Below are positions 24,439-34,364 of a stretch of DNA of 64,000 nucleotides, in pieces. Position numbers and translations under genes: made by a program. The stretch covers positions 469,751 to 533,750 of the forward strand of contig MU004242.1 of NCBI GenBank assembly GCA_010405405.1, in the 5' to 3' direction. The number at the start of each line of letters is the position of its first letter. The stretch's first letter is position 1. The DNA is from Microthyrium microscopicum. Lineage: Eukaryota. Below the pieces are notes generated by a model. The model did not search any database, was not told the DNA's origin, and was given only the letters and a program-made list of their open reading frames with translations.

Positions 24439-26859
24439 ATGGTCTAAATGTTGAATTGTCTGATCATATGAGGAGACACCTGCAGCGACTGGGTTGAAGG
24501 CATGGCGGAATATTGGTGAAATCTAAATAGTGCTAGCAGATCCAACCTTAGATTGCCCCAAGATTTCAGGCTCTTGTTTACAGACTTTGTAAACATATCT
24601 TAACATCGTTCATATATTGTTCTTATGCCGAGCCTCATATAGCCCGAACTCAAATCAGTACCAAACAGATGCAGTATGAGGTATTGGTAGCATCTATGAA
24701 CAAAGGAGTTTACAGCCTTGCGCCAATCTGCGAATCACTTAGTCTCTTGTCCTGATCTTGCAGTGTACTAGAATGGCTCCTCACCTTAAAAACCAACCTT
24801 GGGATGATCTGGATGTTGACAGCAGTTGTCAACAAAATAAGGCTGAAGGTTGTGACACTCTTATGAGCTGCAGATCCGTATCGACCAGATATTGTTTCGT
24901 CCTTCCAAATCAAACAGTTCGTCCGTAGCTCGGAGTAAAGTAGTGAGACGCCAACTGTGTGCCTCCCAGAGTTTACATCATTCCTAGTTTTTGCAGTGTT
25001 GAGTGTGTTTTCCAAGGCTTGGTTGCCAGCATCACTGCAGGATCAGACTTGTAGGAGTTGAGAATTTTTTATGTATTTGAATATCTTATCGAACTTCGAT
25101 AGGATTCGCTCCAGGGCTTGAGAAAAATCTGTTCTGTCCTGGTTCGGACCTTGTTGCAGTATCTGCATATCTGTAAAACATTTTGGTTTCGAGACAGCCA
25201 ACGATGCAATTTTTGGCTGCTACAGATTTTCGATGCTCCTGGCATGGGAATAAGCGCTCAAAGAATGGAACTGCCACCCTATCATCATATTCTCCGACTT
25301 CGTGCTACCTGCTTGCTTGAGGACCATTGAGCAGTTATATAACTCACTGATTTGATCCACATCCAAACAAGCTGCAGATATAACATTACATCGTTGTCCT
25401 AAATCATAACTGTTGAATCGATTATCAAAAGAAGTTGACATGAGTGATATCTATTTGGTTCAGGTAGACATCAATAATCTCAGCTATCGGTTCAAATACC
25501 TAGATGAGTCTACAACGAAGAGTATGAAATTCTTATCACAGCAAGTGTGTAACATTGACACAAACCAATGCAACTGACAGATGCCAAGAGAGGAACTGCA
25601 TACTTCCGTTCAAACTATCACTTTTGACGTCATAACAACTAGAACAGAGTATCTGGACTGGACTCGAAAAGTAGAGGCCACAATGTCCGAAACTAAGCTG
25701 GTTACGTGATACTCATGCCTCACAGTGTGAGGACTTCGAAGGAATCGCTCAATACGGCCGCCAAGCTTCCATCTGTAGAAATCACAAGAACATTCATGCG
25801 TTTCTACACACTTCGTTATCGCTCAGGAACTCTAGGCTGCTGGTTGGTTAGAGTTGATCGTGGGAAGAAACATTTGATATCGCTCTGCCCTACTGGTAAA
25901 CGTGGTGACATCTTGGCGTCTTGGTGTTAAGAACCCATTTTCGAGTCTAAACATCCAGATATCTGGGAATTGAAATGCGATATGTACTCTTGAGCATCCT
26001 GTAGTTGTAAAATTCTGTACTCAATACACCGAGATGTGAGCCCTGGACATTCTTTGAACATATCCAACACTGTCTTTTCACTCCTTTTTGAGGGCCACAA
26101 TAACAATCCTTTTTTCTTGTTTATTACCATTGAAGAATCTTCTTACTTTCTTTTAATACCCGCACTATTGTCCGTTCAATCATGTATTTGCTTGCTCTTC
26201 TGATCTGCGTGCTTCAAATCGCACAAGCAGCGCCACTCCTTCGAACCTCTCCCACTAGCCGGACTGCATGTTCCATAGGTATGCTTAAATCCGGACAAGA
26301 AAATGTTCAATCTGCTAACGTGGAGTATAGATTCTTCTTGCTCAACTGAAAACAATATCTCCGAACGCGACCTAGCCACTCCAGTCAAGCAGACACCACA
26401 ATCCATCTCTCCTCGCTTTGGCCGATTCATCAAGTCGCCATGGGCTCTAGCCCAAAAGCAAACCTACAAAATCCAGAAAGGCGAAGCCGGGAAGCCCACT
26501 GGTGTCCCAACCCTTCTTGTCGGCATGGAAAAAGCCTCCAACGGAACCGTCATAGCTGCGGCCGCCGAATCATCAGAATCTCCATCTTCACCCGAATCGC
26601 CTCAGCCTACACAGACACTTGAAGCCCGGGCAGTCCTGCCATATGTACGGATACCCTGGGAAAACTCCAAGACCGTCATCAACCGTCGGCACGTAAACTG
26701 AAAGTTGTCGCTCCGCATCTACGGATGCTTGTACAAAAGTTATTTTTTCGAGTTCCGGGTAAGATTCTGCGCCCGATGTATTATAGACTGTATATTAGAA
26801 TGGCAAAGCCAACTTCCACATAGCCATATTTGATTTGTGAACGCATTTTCGGAGTCGCC

Positions 26860-27583
26860 TCAAAGTAGATCGAAGTCGTCGAGTTTGTCGCGGTATTTGA
26901 GTATGTTTCGCTTGATCTTCGAGGAGTCCACCCATGTCACAAAGTCTTCCATATTTCTATCCACAATCAGTACATCATCAATGAAGCTCTTAGGATATAC
27001 TTACCTCGTGACCAAGAATGCCGGGTCCGTTACAACTTCAGTGCCAACTCTGACATGGCCTTGCTCGACGAACTTCACAGCAGAACTCAAGTGATCAGCC
27101 ATGCCCAAGCGCTGCATTATCACTGGTAACCGTCTTCGAGCAAGCGCCGAGACGGTCACTTTGTTTTCGACGTCGCTCAGCTTGCCTTTGCCGCCTCCAC
27201 CTGTTCCTAGGACACCCATATCCCATAACTTCCCAAGTAGCATTTCTTCATGTTTGTGTCGGAAAGGATCTTCAGGGTCCAGCGCAGCGAGTTTATGGGC
27301 AAGTGATCGTAGAGATCCTGATTTTGTTAGCACAGAACTTGAAATTTGTAATTGGTAGCTCTCCGTCGAGTCTGAGACAGCTCTCGTCTTCCACCCAGAA
27401 TATAAGATGCGAAAGGAATATTGGCTTACCGCAAATTCGGTTGTAGGCATGGTAGTCGGACGGCTTCTGGATGTGATAGCGCTGACAAACGAGGGAGTCG
27501 CGATGGCCCTTATCAGAGGCATATGTGGTGAAATCGACCTTGCGAAGGAGCTTCTGCTCATGGAACTTGAGTTTGCGCACCAT
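26860..27583 (-). CDS. IMP3: U3 snoRNP / SSU processome protein Imp3 (S4 domain), 3 exons
   Basis: [18 protein letters not shown]...[15 protein letters not shown]...RRRLPVIM...[53 protein letters not shown]. Confidence 0.97.
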
Positions 27584-28008
27584 GTTGGGTCCGCGCTACC
27601 GGTGATACAATATATCGAATGTGACTTACGAAGTTGGTGGTGATTTTTTTTTGGTCAAGATCAAAGCTATTGCAGGGGTTGCTCCCACTTCGGGCCGAAG
27701 AGATCCTTGCAGAAGCTCTGGGCGGGCCGAGATGCTAAGTGAACTTAACATTTGAACAATTGAACCAGGCGCATTTAACATTCAACCTCAATAACATTCA
27801 ACCTTCAATCCTCACAACATCAGATCTTCTATCAAATACTTCCTGCCGCCATCTGTTGTGAAGTCTTGAACCAACATCCATCATATTTGGTTATTCCGCA
27901 ACCAAGAAAGACTTGGCGCAAGCATACTCTATTCATTAACCTGCTGAATCTCCGACTTCATCATTCTACGGTTGCATAACTGGAAGACAACGCACTACAG
28001 CTGCAAGC
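27584..28008. promoter_or_regulatory. Probable bidirectional promoter between IMP3 and RNA15
   Basis: 425-bp head-to-head intergenic region between two RNA-processing genes. Confidence 0.5.
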
Positions 28009-28992
28009 ATGTCTAGCAAGATTTTCATCGGTAACATACCTTATGGTAAGATGACCTCCACAAGCTTGCCCGTGAGCCAAGCGCATTTCATGCTCGCTGC
28101 TAACCTCGTGTGCCTAGGTGTTACCGATGAAGCGATCGTCGATATTCTAAGCCGCGCTGGTACGGTCCTAAACTTTCGTGCTATGACCGACAAAGAAACT
28201 GGAAAACCCAAAGGCTACGGGTTTGCGGAGTTCTCCGACCCCGATGCTGCTCTTTCTGCTGTGCGAAATCTAAACAACCACGAATTGCAAGGTAGACAAC
28301 TCAGGGTGGACTATGCAAATGAAAAGGATCGAGAGAATCATGCCAGCGGATACCAACAACAACAGCAGCAGCAACAACAACAACACGGTTCCACCACACA
28401 TACCACACATATCACGAACACACAGGGAGCAGCGAGCCGGTTGCCTCCGCTTCCACCGGGAGTGGAGTTACCTCCTGGTGTTAAGGCTGAGGATGCGATA
28501 TCTAAGACTCTCCAAACACTACCTCCTAGTCAATTGCTCGATATTCTCGTTCAAATGCAAAATCTCGTACTTCATGATCCCGTTCAAGCCCAGCAAGTGT
28601 TAGATTCATCTCCCCAGCTTTCATTTGCAATCTTCCAAGCACTATTGCAACTAAAGCTCGTTGATCCAACCACAGTCGCCTCAGTCATGCAACATGCATC
28701 AGCTCCTCCAGCACAACAACCACAGGCTGCATACCAGCCTCCACCAAGTGCTCCACCACCGCAGCAACCGCACTATGCCGCTCCTCCACAGCAGTATCAA
28801 CAATATCCAGGCCAGCCATATACACCTCCTCAGCCAGTTGCAGCAGCTGCACCACCACCGATAGATCCGGCTCGTGCCGCGTTGATTCAACAACTACTCG
28901 CTATGACCCCGGATCAAATCAATGCATTGCAACCTCAAGAGCGTCAAGAGATAATGGCTCTTCGCGCTCAGTTTCAAAGTCAATACCGGTAG
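28009..28992 (+). CDS. RNA15: mRNA 3'-end processing factor Rna15/CstF-64; one intron 28046-28117
   Basis: RRM (IFIGNIPYG...DKETGKPKGYGFAEF...SAVRNLNNHELQGRQLRVD), LPPLPPGV hinge domain, C-terminal QQLLAMTPDQINALQPQERQEIMALR. Confidence 0.95.
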   Translation: MSSKIFIGNIPYGKMTSTSLPVSQAHFMLAANLVCLGVTDEAIVDILSRAGTVLNFRAMTDKETGKPKGYGFAEFSDPDAALSAVRNLNNHELQGRQLRVDYANEKDRENHASGYQQQQQQQQQQHGSTTHTTHITNTQGAASRLPPLPPGVELPPGVKAEDAISKTLQTLPPSQLLDILVQMQNLVLHDPVQAQQVLDSSPQLSFAIFQALLQLKLVDPTTVASVMQHASAPPAQQPQAAYQPPPSAPPPQQPHYAAPPQQYQQYPGQPYTPPQPVAAAAPPPIDPARAALIQQLLAMTPDQINALQPQERQEIMALRAQFQSQYR

Positions 28993-30501
28993 GCATCTAC
29001 GAAGAGGAGGAAGGAATGGCGCACGCCAGGTCGTACGACTCAGAATCATCCAATCGTAACAATATCAAAGGCTTATCGCATCATTCCCACATTATGTTGC
29101 ATTCAAAAGCACTCTCGTCGGGCTCGGACTCTCTAGCGACGTCGCCATCCGTCTGGGCATTCCACTCTTGTCCGTGAGCATTTGAGCCGGCGGAGCAGAC
29201 ATTGACACATCGAAGAAGATCATCAAGCGGAACACTCGTCATTAAAAATGATGGCAAGTAGTGTATAGTTTTTATGCTTAGAATGGGACACCTTGTGGAC
29301 ACCACAGCTTCAATGAAAGTAGTACTTCAAATAGTTCCGGTGCCTGAACCATTGACCTCAACTATATTGCTCACGTTCATTACGAGGAGTTTCTCAAAAC
29401 TACTGAACAAATCACAGATGATGTGAGGGAAAAATTCCATGTCTTTCCGACTTGGTGTCGGTGCCTCATGCCGACATCCGTAGGAGCTCGAAAATCCGTT
29501 AAATCGTGACGAATCACCTTCCTTCTGAGCAAGATATCGGCTTTTGTGCTTGACCTTCTGTACTTACCCGTGTCTAGATTGCCGATCGAAACGAAAAATA
29601 TGCTGATTTGGGGTACAATTCTGCTGCATCATAGTAGGCATTTAGATCATTCGATCACTATCCACTCCACCATAAGTTCATGCTTGTACAACTATCGTTG
29701 ATTTGTTGGCTCGTTCTCGTGGCCACCTTGTTTCGAAACCTGTAAATAGCCGCTCGATATTCCATCTCATCGTATCACCGTCCAATCGTGCATTGAAGAG
29801 ACTTCCGAGAACCGCCTAACCGCATCATGGTATCCCAAAGTTTGTAGACTGTGTGACTGACCTCAATAGATTGAAGCAAACATCATGACTGAGCTGGATG
29901 AGCATTTTTGTCAGCCAAAGGGTCGGTCAACATGTTTCGCTCGGTAGTCAGACTTAGAGAGAAAACGGACTACAACTTTAGCTGCTCACTGTCTATATAG
30001 GATGTTTAGTCCCTCCATACCATATTATTATTCTTCATTCCAACAAGATCATCATCAATCCGTAGATTCTATTGGAGTCTGGGCAGCCATGATAGTTCAT
30101 CCTGGTCTATATCGGACAAGGCCTTGGATATCATCTTGTTTCTTTCACACTCTTTGGCTCTCAACTCCTGCTCTATCTGTTCAGTTCGCGGCGCCATTTC
30201 CCAGCATCAGGTTACTTCAGGGGCTCTCTTGTCTTCCATACACTGCTTGCTCTCTCTTTTGCACTCCCCTTTTCAGCTTCTTTGCGGCCGTCCTGGAAAG
30301 TCGGTCAATACTTCTGTCCTATGTCACTTCACCCTGCGATCCCCCTTGCTGTTTTTCTGGTTGACGATTTTGAGACCTGTCCAAGATATCTCACACGTTA
30401 CTCTTGGACAACCCCCCGCTCCCGACGCTTTCCCCATGCGCACATTATTCCTATACATACTCCCCATCTCTCCATCGAAGGGTCCGCACCTCATCGTGGT
30501 G

Positions 30502-31410
30502 ATGGAGTCTACTAGCTGCCTCTCAAAATCCAGCGAAGCTAAGACGGCCCCGCCTGGTACAGTAACCCCAGGGACAACGCAAAGCAGTTTAACTATTGCA
30601 GGTATGTTTTCTACAGCCACTGTGGTGTAGACATGACTGATGAGTGATATAGGAGCTCGAATTGAGGCCATGCAGCCTTTTTTCAGTCATAGCACAGTCG
30701 AAATCAATGCTGCAGTCCACCACAGGTCAACATGTGCCGGAAACTTGAGAAAGAGAAGGAGATCATCGTCCCAAAAACTCGTGGTTTAACAGAGAACCCA
30801 ACGTTTATCCCGACCAAGTACACCACTGAAACCCTAGGAGATATACTTCAGGCAAATCTAGCGCTGCGCCCTCCAGCAGTCGACGTCGATAAGTTTTTCC
30901 CCAGCAAACAGTCTTCGCAGTTCAACGTTCCGGTCTTCTGTCGCCTCGTGCGAGTTCGCCCTTAGCCTGCAACGAAAACACCGCAAGCTCCAAACCACAA
31001 CAAGGCCTCGGTGGATTTGGTGGGTCCACCAAAGAGCCTTTGAACCCAGTAGAATGGATCGAAGAACTTGACGATGACAGCCTTAAGCTTGGGAACCGCA
31101 CCTACCGATTCGATCAGGCTTCTTGGGATATTTGAAGTACGTATAAGCGTCCTAAGCATGCCAATACACATGTTCCACGATGGCACTCACAAACTAATAC
31201 ACTGTCAGGATATGCAAGTGTAGGCACCATCGGTCCCTATGAAACTCAGTGCCAACTCAAGCAAAGACAATACATCGGACGACCTGCTCTACCAATCACG
31301 AAGGCACTTTCGATTTGTAGAACAGCGCGCATCCGACTGTGCGGATAGCTCGAAGACATTTCTATCGATATTGCAAGTTTACGAGCAGTGTAGAACTATT
31401 TAGTAGACAG
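30502..31410 (+). pseudogene. Degenerate gene fragment of unknown family
   Basis: Protein-like fragments in shifting frames (e.g. EWIEELDDDSLKLGNRTYRFDQ) separated by intron-like segments gtatgt..ctgat..tag (30602-30652) and gtacgt..ctaat..cag (about 31137-31208); no intact ORF. Confidence 0.35.
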
Positions 31411-32392
31411 AACGCCTAGCTATATACATGCTTAATATAGCAAGGAGTTCTGTCCACTAAATAGTTTCACGCTGCTCGTGAACTTGCAATATCGATGGAA
31501 AGTTCTTCAAGGTATACTTTTGATGAGAATGAAGACGACGACGCAATGGATATGGATGGGAATCGTGGCTGCTCACCCTGATTGATCGGTTGTTGTCCAA
31601 TGGTACGGGTAATGATATAGAGTTTCTACCTCTCTGGCGGGTTTGGATACCAGACTGACATGTTATACCCTGTGCTTACGCCGGCCAACCTGTTGCCATG
31701 ACGCCAACTTCCTGTTCTTGTCCTTCGACCTCACAACGTATCACGAAGGAAAAATGAGGACTGATTCAAGGAGTAAGAAAGGCGGCCGCGACGGTTGCTT
31801 ATTTGGCCGATACGATGACGACCATAGGGACAGTTACAAAATGCCAGGATGACCAATGTGGTCTTCAAAACCTCCTGGCACCTTGGCTCCATCCCCTGAC
31901 AAGTCAAAAAGCACCCCTATGCTTTAGGAACGGGTCGTACCTCTCCGATACATCGACTGGGTCAAGAATGACAGTGGCCTTTGCAAATGCCTCTCTTTAG
32001 ATATCCGAGATGGAATTGAAGGCACTCTTGTACGGCGCCCTCAGTCCAAGTCAAATCCAATTCCGGATCTTATCGCTTCGCGACGGATCGAATGCGTTCA
32101 AGCAGTCCCCAGCTGAGATTGGTCTCACATGCAGCGATTCGATTGTTGATGAAAAGGACGCCAAACAGCGCAAGTTATCTGTGGACTACCAAGGCCTGGT
32201 AGAACATGTGTGGTCGGGGACAAGGAAGATTGTAAATCCCCGGCTACCCCTTGGTAAGCCGTCATATGGGCCATCGGACAGGTCGATGAAGAACTCAACG
32301 CCATCTACGCTGGTCTACACGACATGGGAGCCTACCTGATTCGCCACACAAGCCCCTACAACCCCCGGGATGCTCCTCAAGACAAACATCTT

Positions 32393-32529
32393 GCTCTCTG
32401 GCTTGTGGAGTACTACAACGGCCGAGATACGAACGAGTTTATGTCCTGGAAACATAGACTCAATCTATATTTCCAGGACATGAACTCGTTCGTATCTCGG
32501 CCGTTGTAGTAGTCCACGAGTCAAAGCGC
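32393..32529. repeat. Inverted repeat: 66-bp arms, 5-nt loop
   Basis: Arms 32393-32458 and 32464-32529, no indels, 7 differences, 29-bp perfect core 32411-32439. Confidence 0.95.
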
Positions 32530-32620
32530 TCATCCACACATCATTTGTCAACATGTTTCGCGAGTCGACGGTCCAGCTACGGTGGATGTAAAGGTTATCC
32601 AAAGGCAAAACTAGGACTGG

Positions 32621-32891
32621 TGCAATAATTCGGTATGCCGGCTATGACGGTTCCTTGCCATATGGCATCAAAATTGCCAGTACAAAGATGCTTGCCCACC
32701 GCAACACCGTTGCCAGCTCTGTCTACAATACTACCTAGGGATATGTTTGGATGCAACCAAAGGACACGAACTTCACAATCGCCTCCAGCCATACTTCTTA
32801 ACATTCCCTAATCTCGGAAGGTGTTGCGGTGGGAGCATCTTTGATGCCATATGGCAAGGAACCGTCATAGCCGGCATACCGACTTGTTGCA
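32621..32891. repeat. Inverted repeat with 43-bp perfect core
   Basis: 32630-32672 is the exact reverse complement of 32840-32882; further pairing cccaccgcaacacc/ggtgttgcggtggg and tagggatatgtt/aacattcccta. Confidence 0.95.
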
Positions 32892-34283
32892 ATAAAGAAC
32901 GATTCATGATGCGGAACACCAAAACTTGTAAGTATAACTGTCATATGCTGCTATATACTCCACGCGATACTAATTCTGAGCCAAGATGGGAATCTTCTCG
33001 TGACTTTGTGTGGAACAAGGCTGCAGTATTTTCCGCATAGTCTCGTCGGCGATCATCAAGCCATTGATCCAAAGCCACATCCTTTGCCAGGTATCAGGCG
33101 AGAGATGTATCTTCATCCTGGCTGAAAAACTCAGCAACAATTTGTAATTGTACGGCTGTCCTTCACTACCTCTTTGCTAATCAGTTTATAGCTTGCTCAA
33201 CAAGTTTACGGCCTCCAGTGTCTCAAGGCAAAAACGGAAAAAAATCCGAACGCGAGTCGCCTTTGTCAACTAAACATACCCGACTCTGCTTTGTAGTCGC
33301 TCTGTGGGCAGCACGGCAGGATCATTGGCTTGCTTTTTCGTTACAACACGAGCGGGAAAATGGAGGAAGAAGCCGCGGCCTCGTGCTGCACCAATCTCAT
33401 TCAACGCCATGACGGCTTTCATATTTTGTGGGACATCTTGTAGATGCTGGTGTACCTTGCGATCCATAACGGCTAGATTGCGATGACTTCGATATGGATC
33501 TACCCAATCAAACAGCTCAAGGTCATCCAAATACAGCGCACGAAGAATGCTTCCTGGAACTTTCAAGCCATCAAAACCAACAACAGAAAAGAAACCATTA
33601 GCCAGTTACGCGACATTGCTATTCTCAATCGCCAACATGAAGATCTGCCTAGCGATGACGACGAAGATTTGTCTAACGATGGCGAAGAAGGCATGTCCTA
33701 TGGATCGATTACAGTTTCGGACCTTGCTCCCCTAGACAATGACCTCTAGATACTTTTTGAGCATGAGAACAAATTTTGCCATGTCGAGCACAAGAAGCTT
33801 AGTCCATAGCTCAGAGTCCTTCATACACCGTTCGATGAAGTCAACACTTCAGGGTATGACGTGAATGATACTCAAGCCAGTGGCCATACGTCAAACAATG
33901 GCAACCATGGCCATCAGCCAGTAGGGCTCATCTCTGATCTTGGTCCAAGTCGATACGCCACTCGATCGGACAACCACTTGGGCATTGAAGGTGCAGGGAG
34001 TCGTTATCATTGTCCCGGAGTCTACAACGTCCTGTCCACCATCTCTTGTGGTTCGAGCACTGGTGACACTTCAACGAGGACTTACACCGAGAAGCCAGGC
34101 GATGGACTCGCTCAATCAGAAGAGCAGCAAGTACCTACAGGAAATTCATCAGATTACTTGACGATGTCTAGCCATGGCTCTAACCAAGAAAACTCGTCTT
34201 CTTACAGTTTGACGATGGTGCGTGACGAGGAAGCCAGAATTATAGACAGCAGTACTCGGCCAAACGGCCCAATCATGATGAAC

Positions 34284-34364
34284 TCGGGGTCCTCAATATC
34301 GGGGTCCTCAACATCAGGGTCCTCAACATCGGGGTCCTCAATATCGGGGTCCTCAACATCGGGG
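34284..34364 (+). repeat. 15-bp minisatellite, 5 copies plus a partial one, encoding (SGSS[I/T])5
   Basis: tc(g/a)gggtcctcaa(t/c)a x5. Confidence 0.95.

Noticed and set aside
24700..26130. Short minus-strand ORF fragments, possible decayed gene or TE relic
   Set aside because: No consistent frame or recognisable domain.
26303..26701. 132-aa ORF converging on IMP3
   Set aside because: No recognisable motif; it may be real but cannot be supported from sequence alone.
28354..28383. Poly-Q (10) tract in RNA15
   Set aside because: Ordinary low-complexity linker.
32393..32891. Hairpins as MITE or transposon terminal inverted repeats
   Set aside because: No target-site duplications or transposase seen, and the arms read in the frame of the surrounding decayed gene. 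Cannot be fully excluded without a genome-wide search.
33192..33860. Five consecutive TAG-only stops in one frame (33294, 33441, 33474, 33747, 33807) and a TAG-TAG at 32507, suggesting A-to-I stop-codon correction as in Fusarium PUK1
   Set aside because: Splice phase favours another frame up to about 33600 that has mixed TGA/TAA/TAG stops. The first TAG at 32507 follows directly from the inversion, and frameshifts would not be fixed by editing. Pseudogene decay is simpler.
34284..34364. Short repeat array as CRISPR-like
   Set aside because: No spacers; it is a simple coding minisatellite in a eukaryote.
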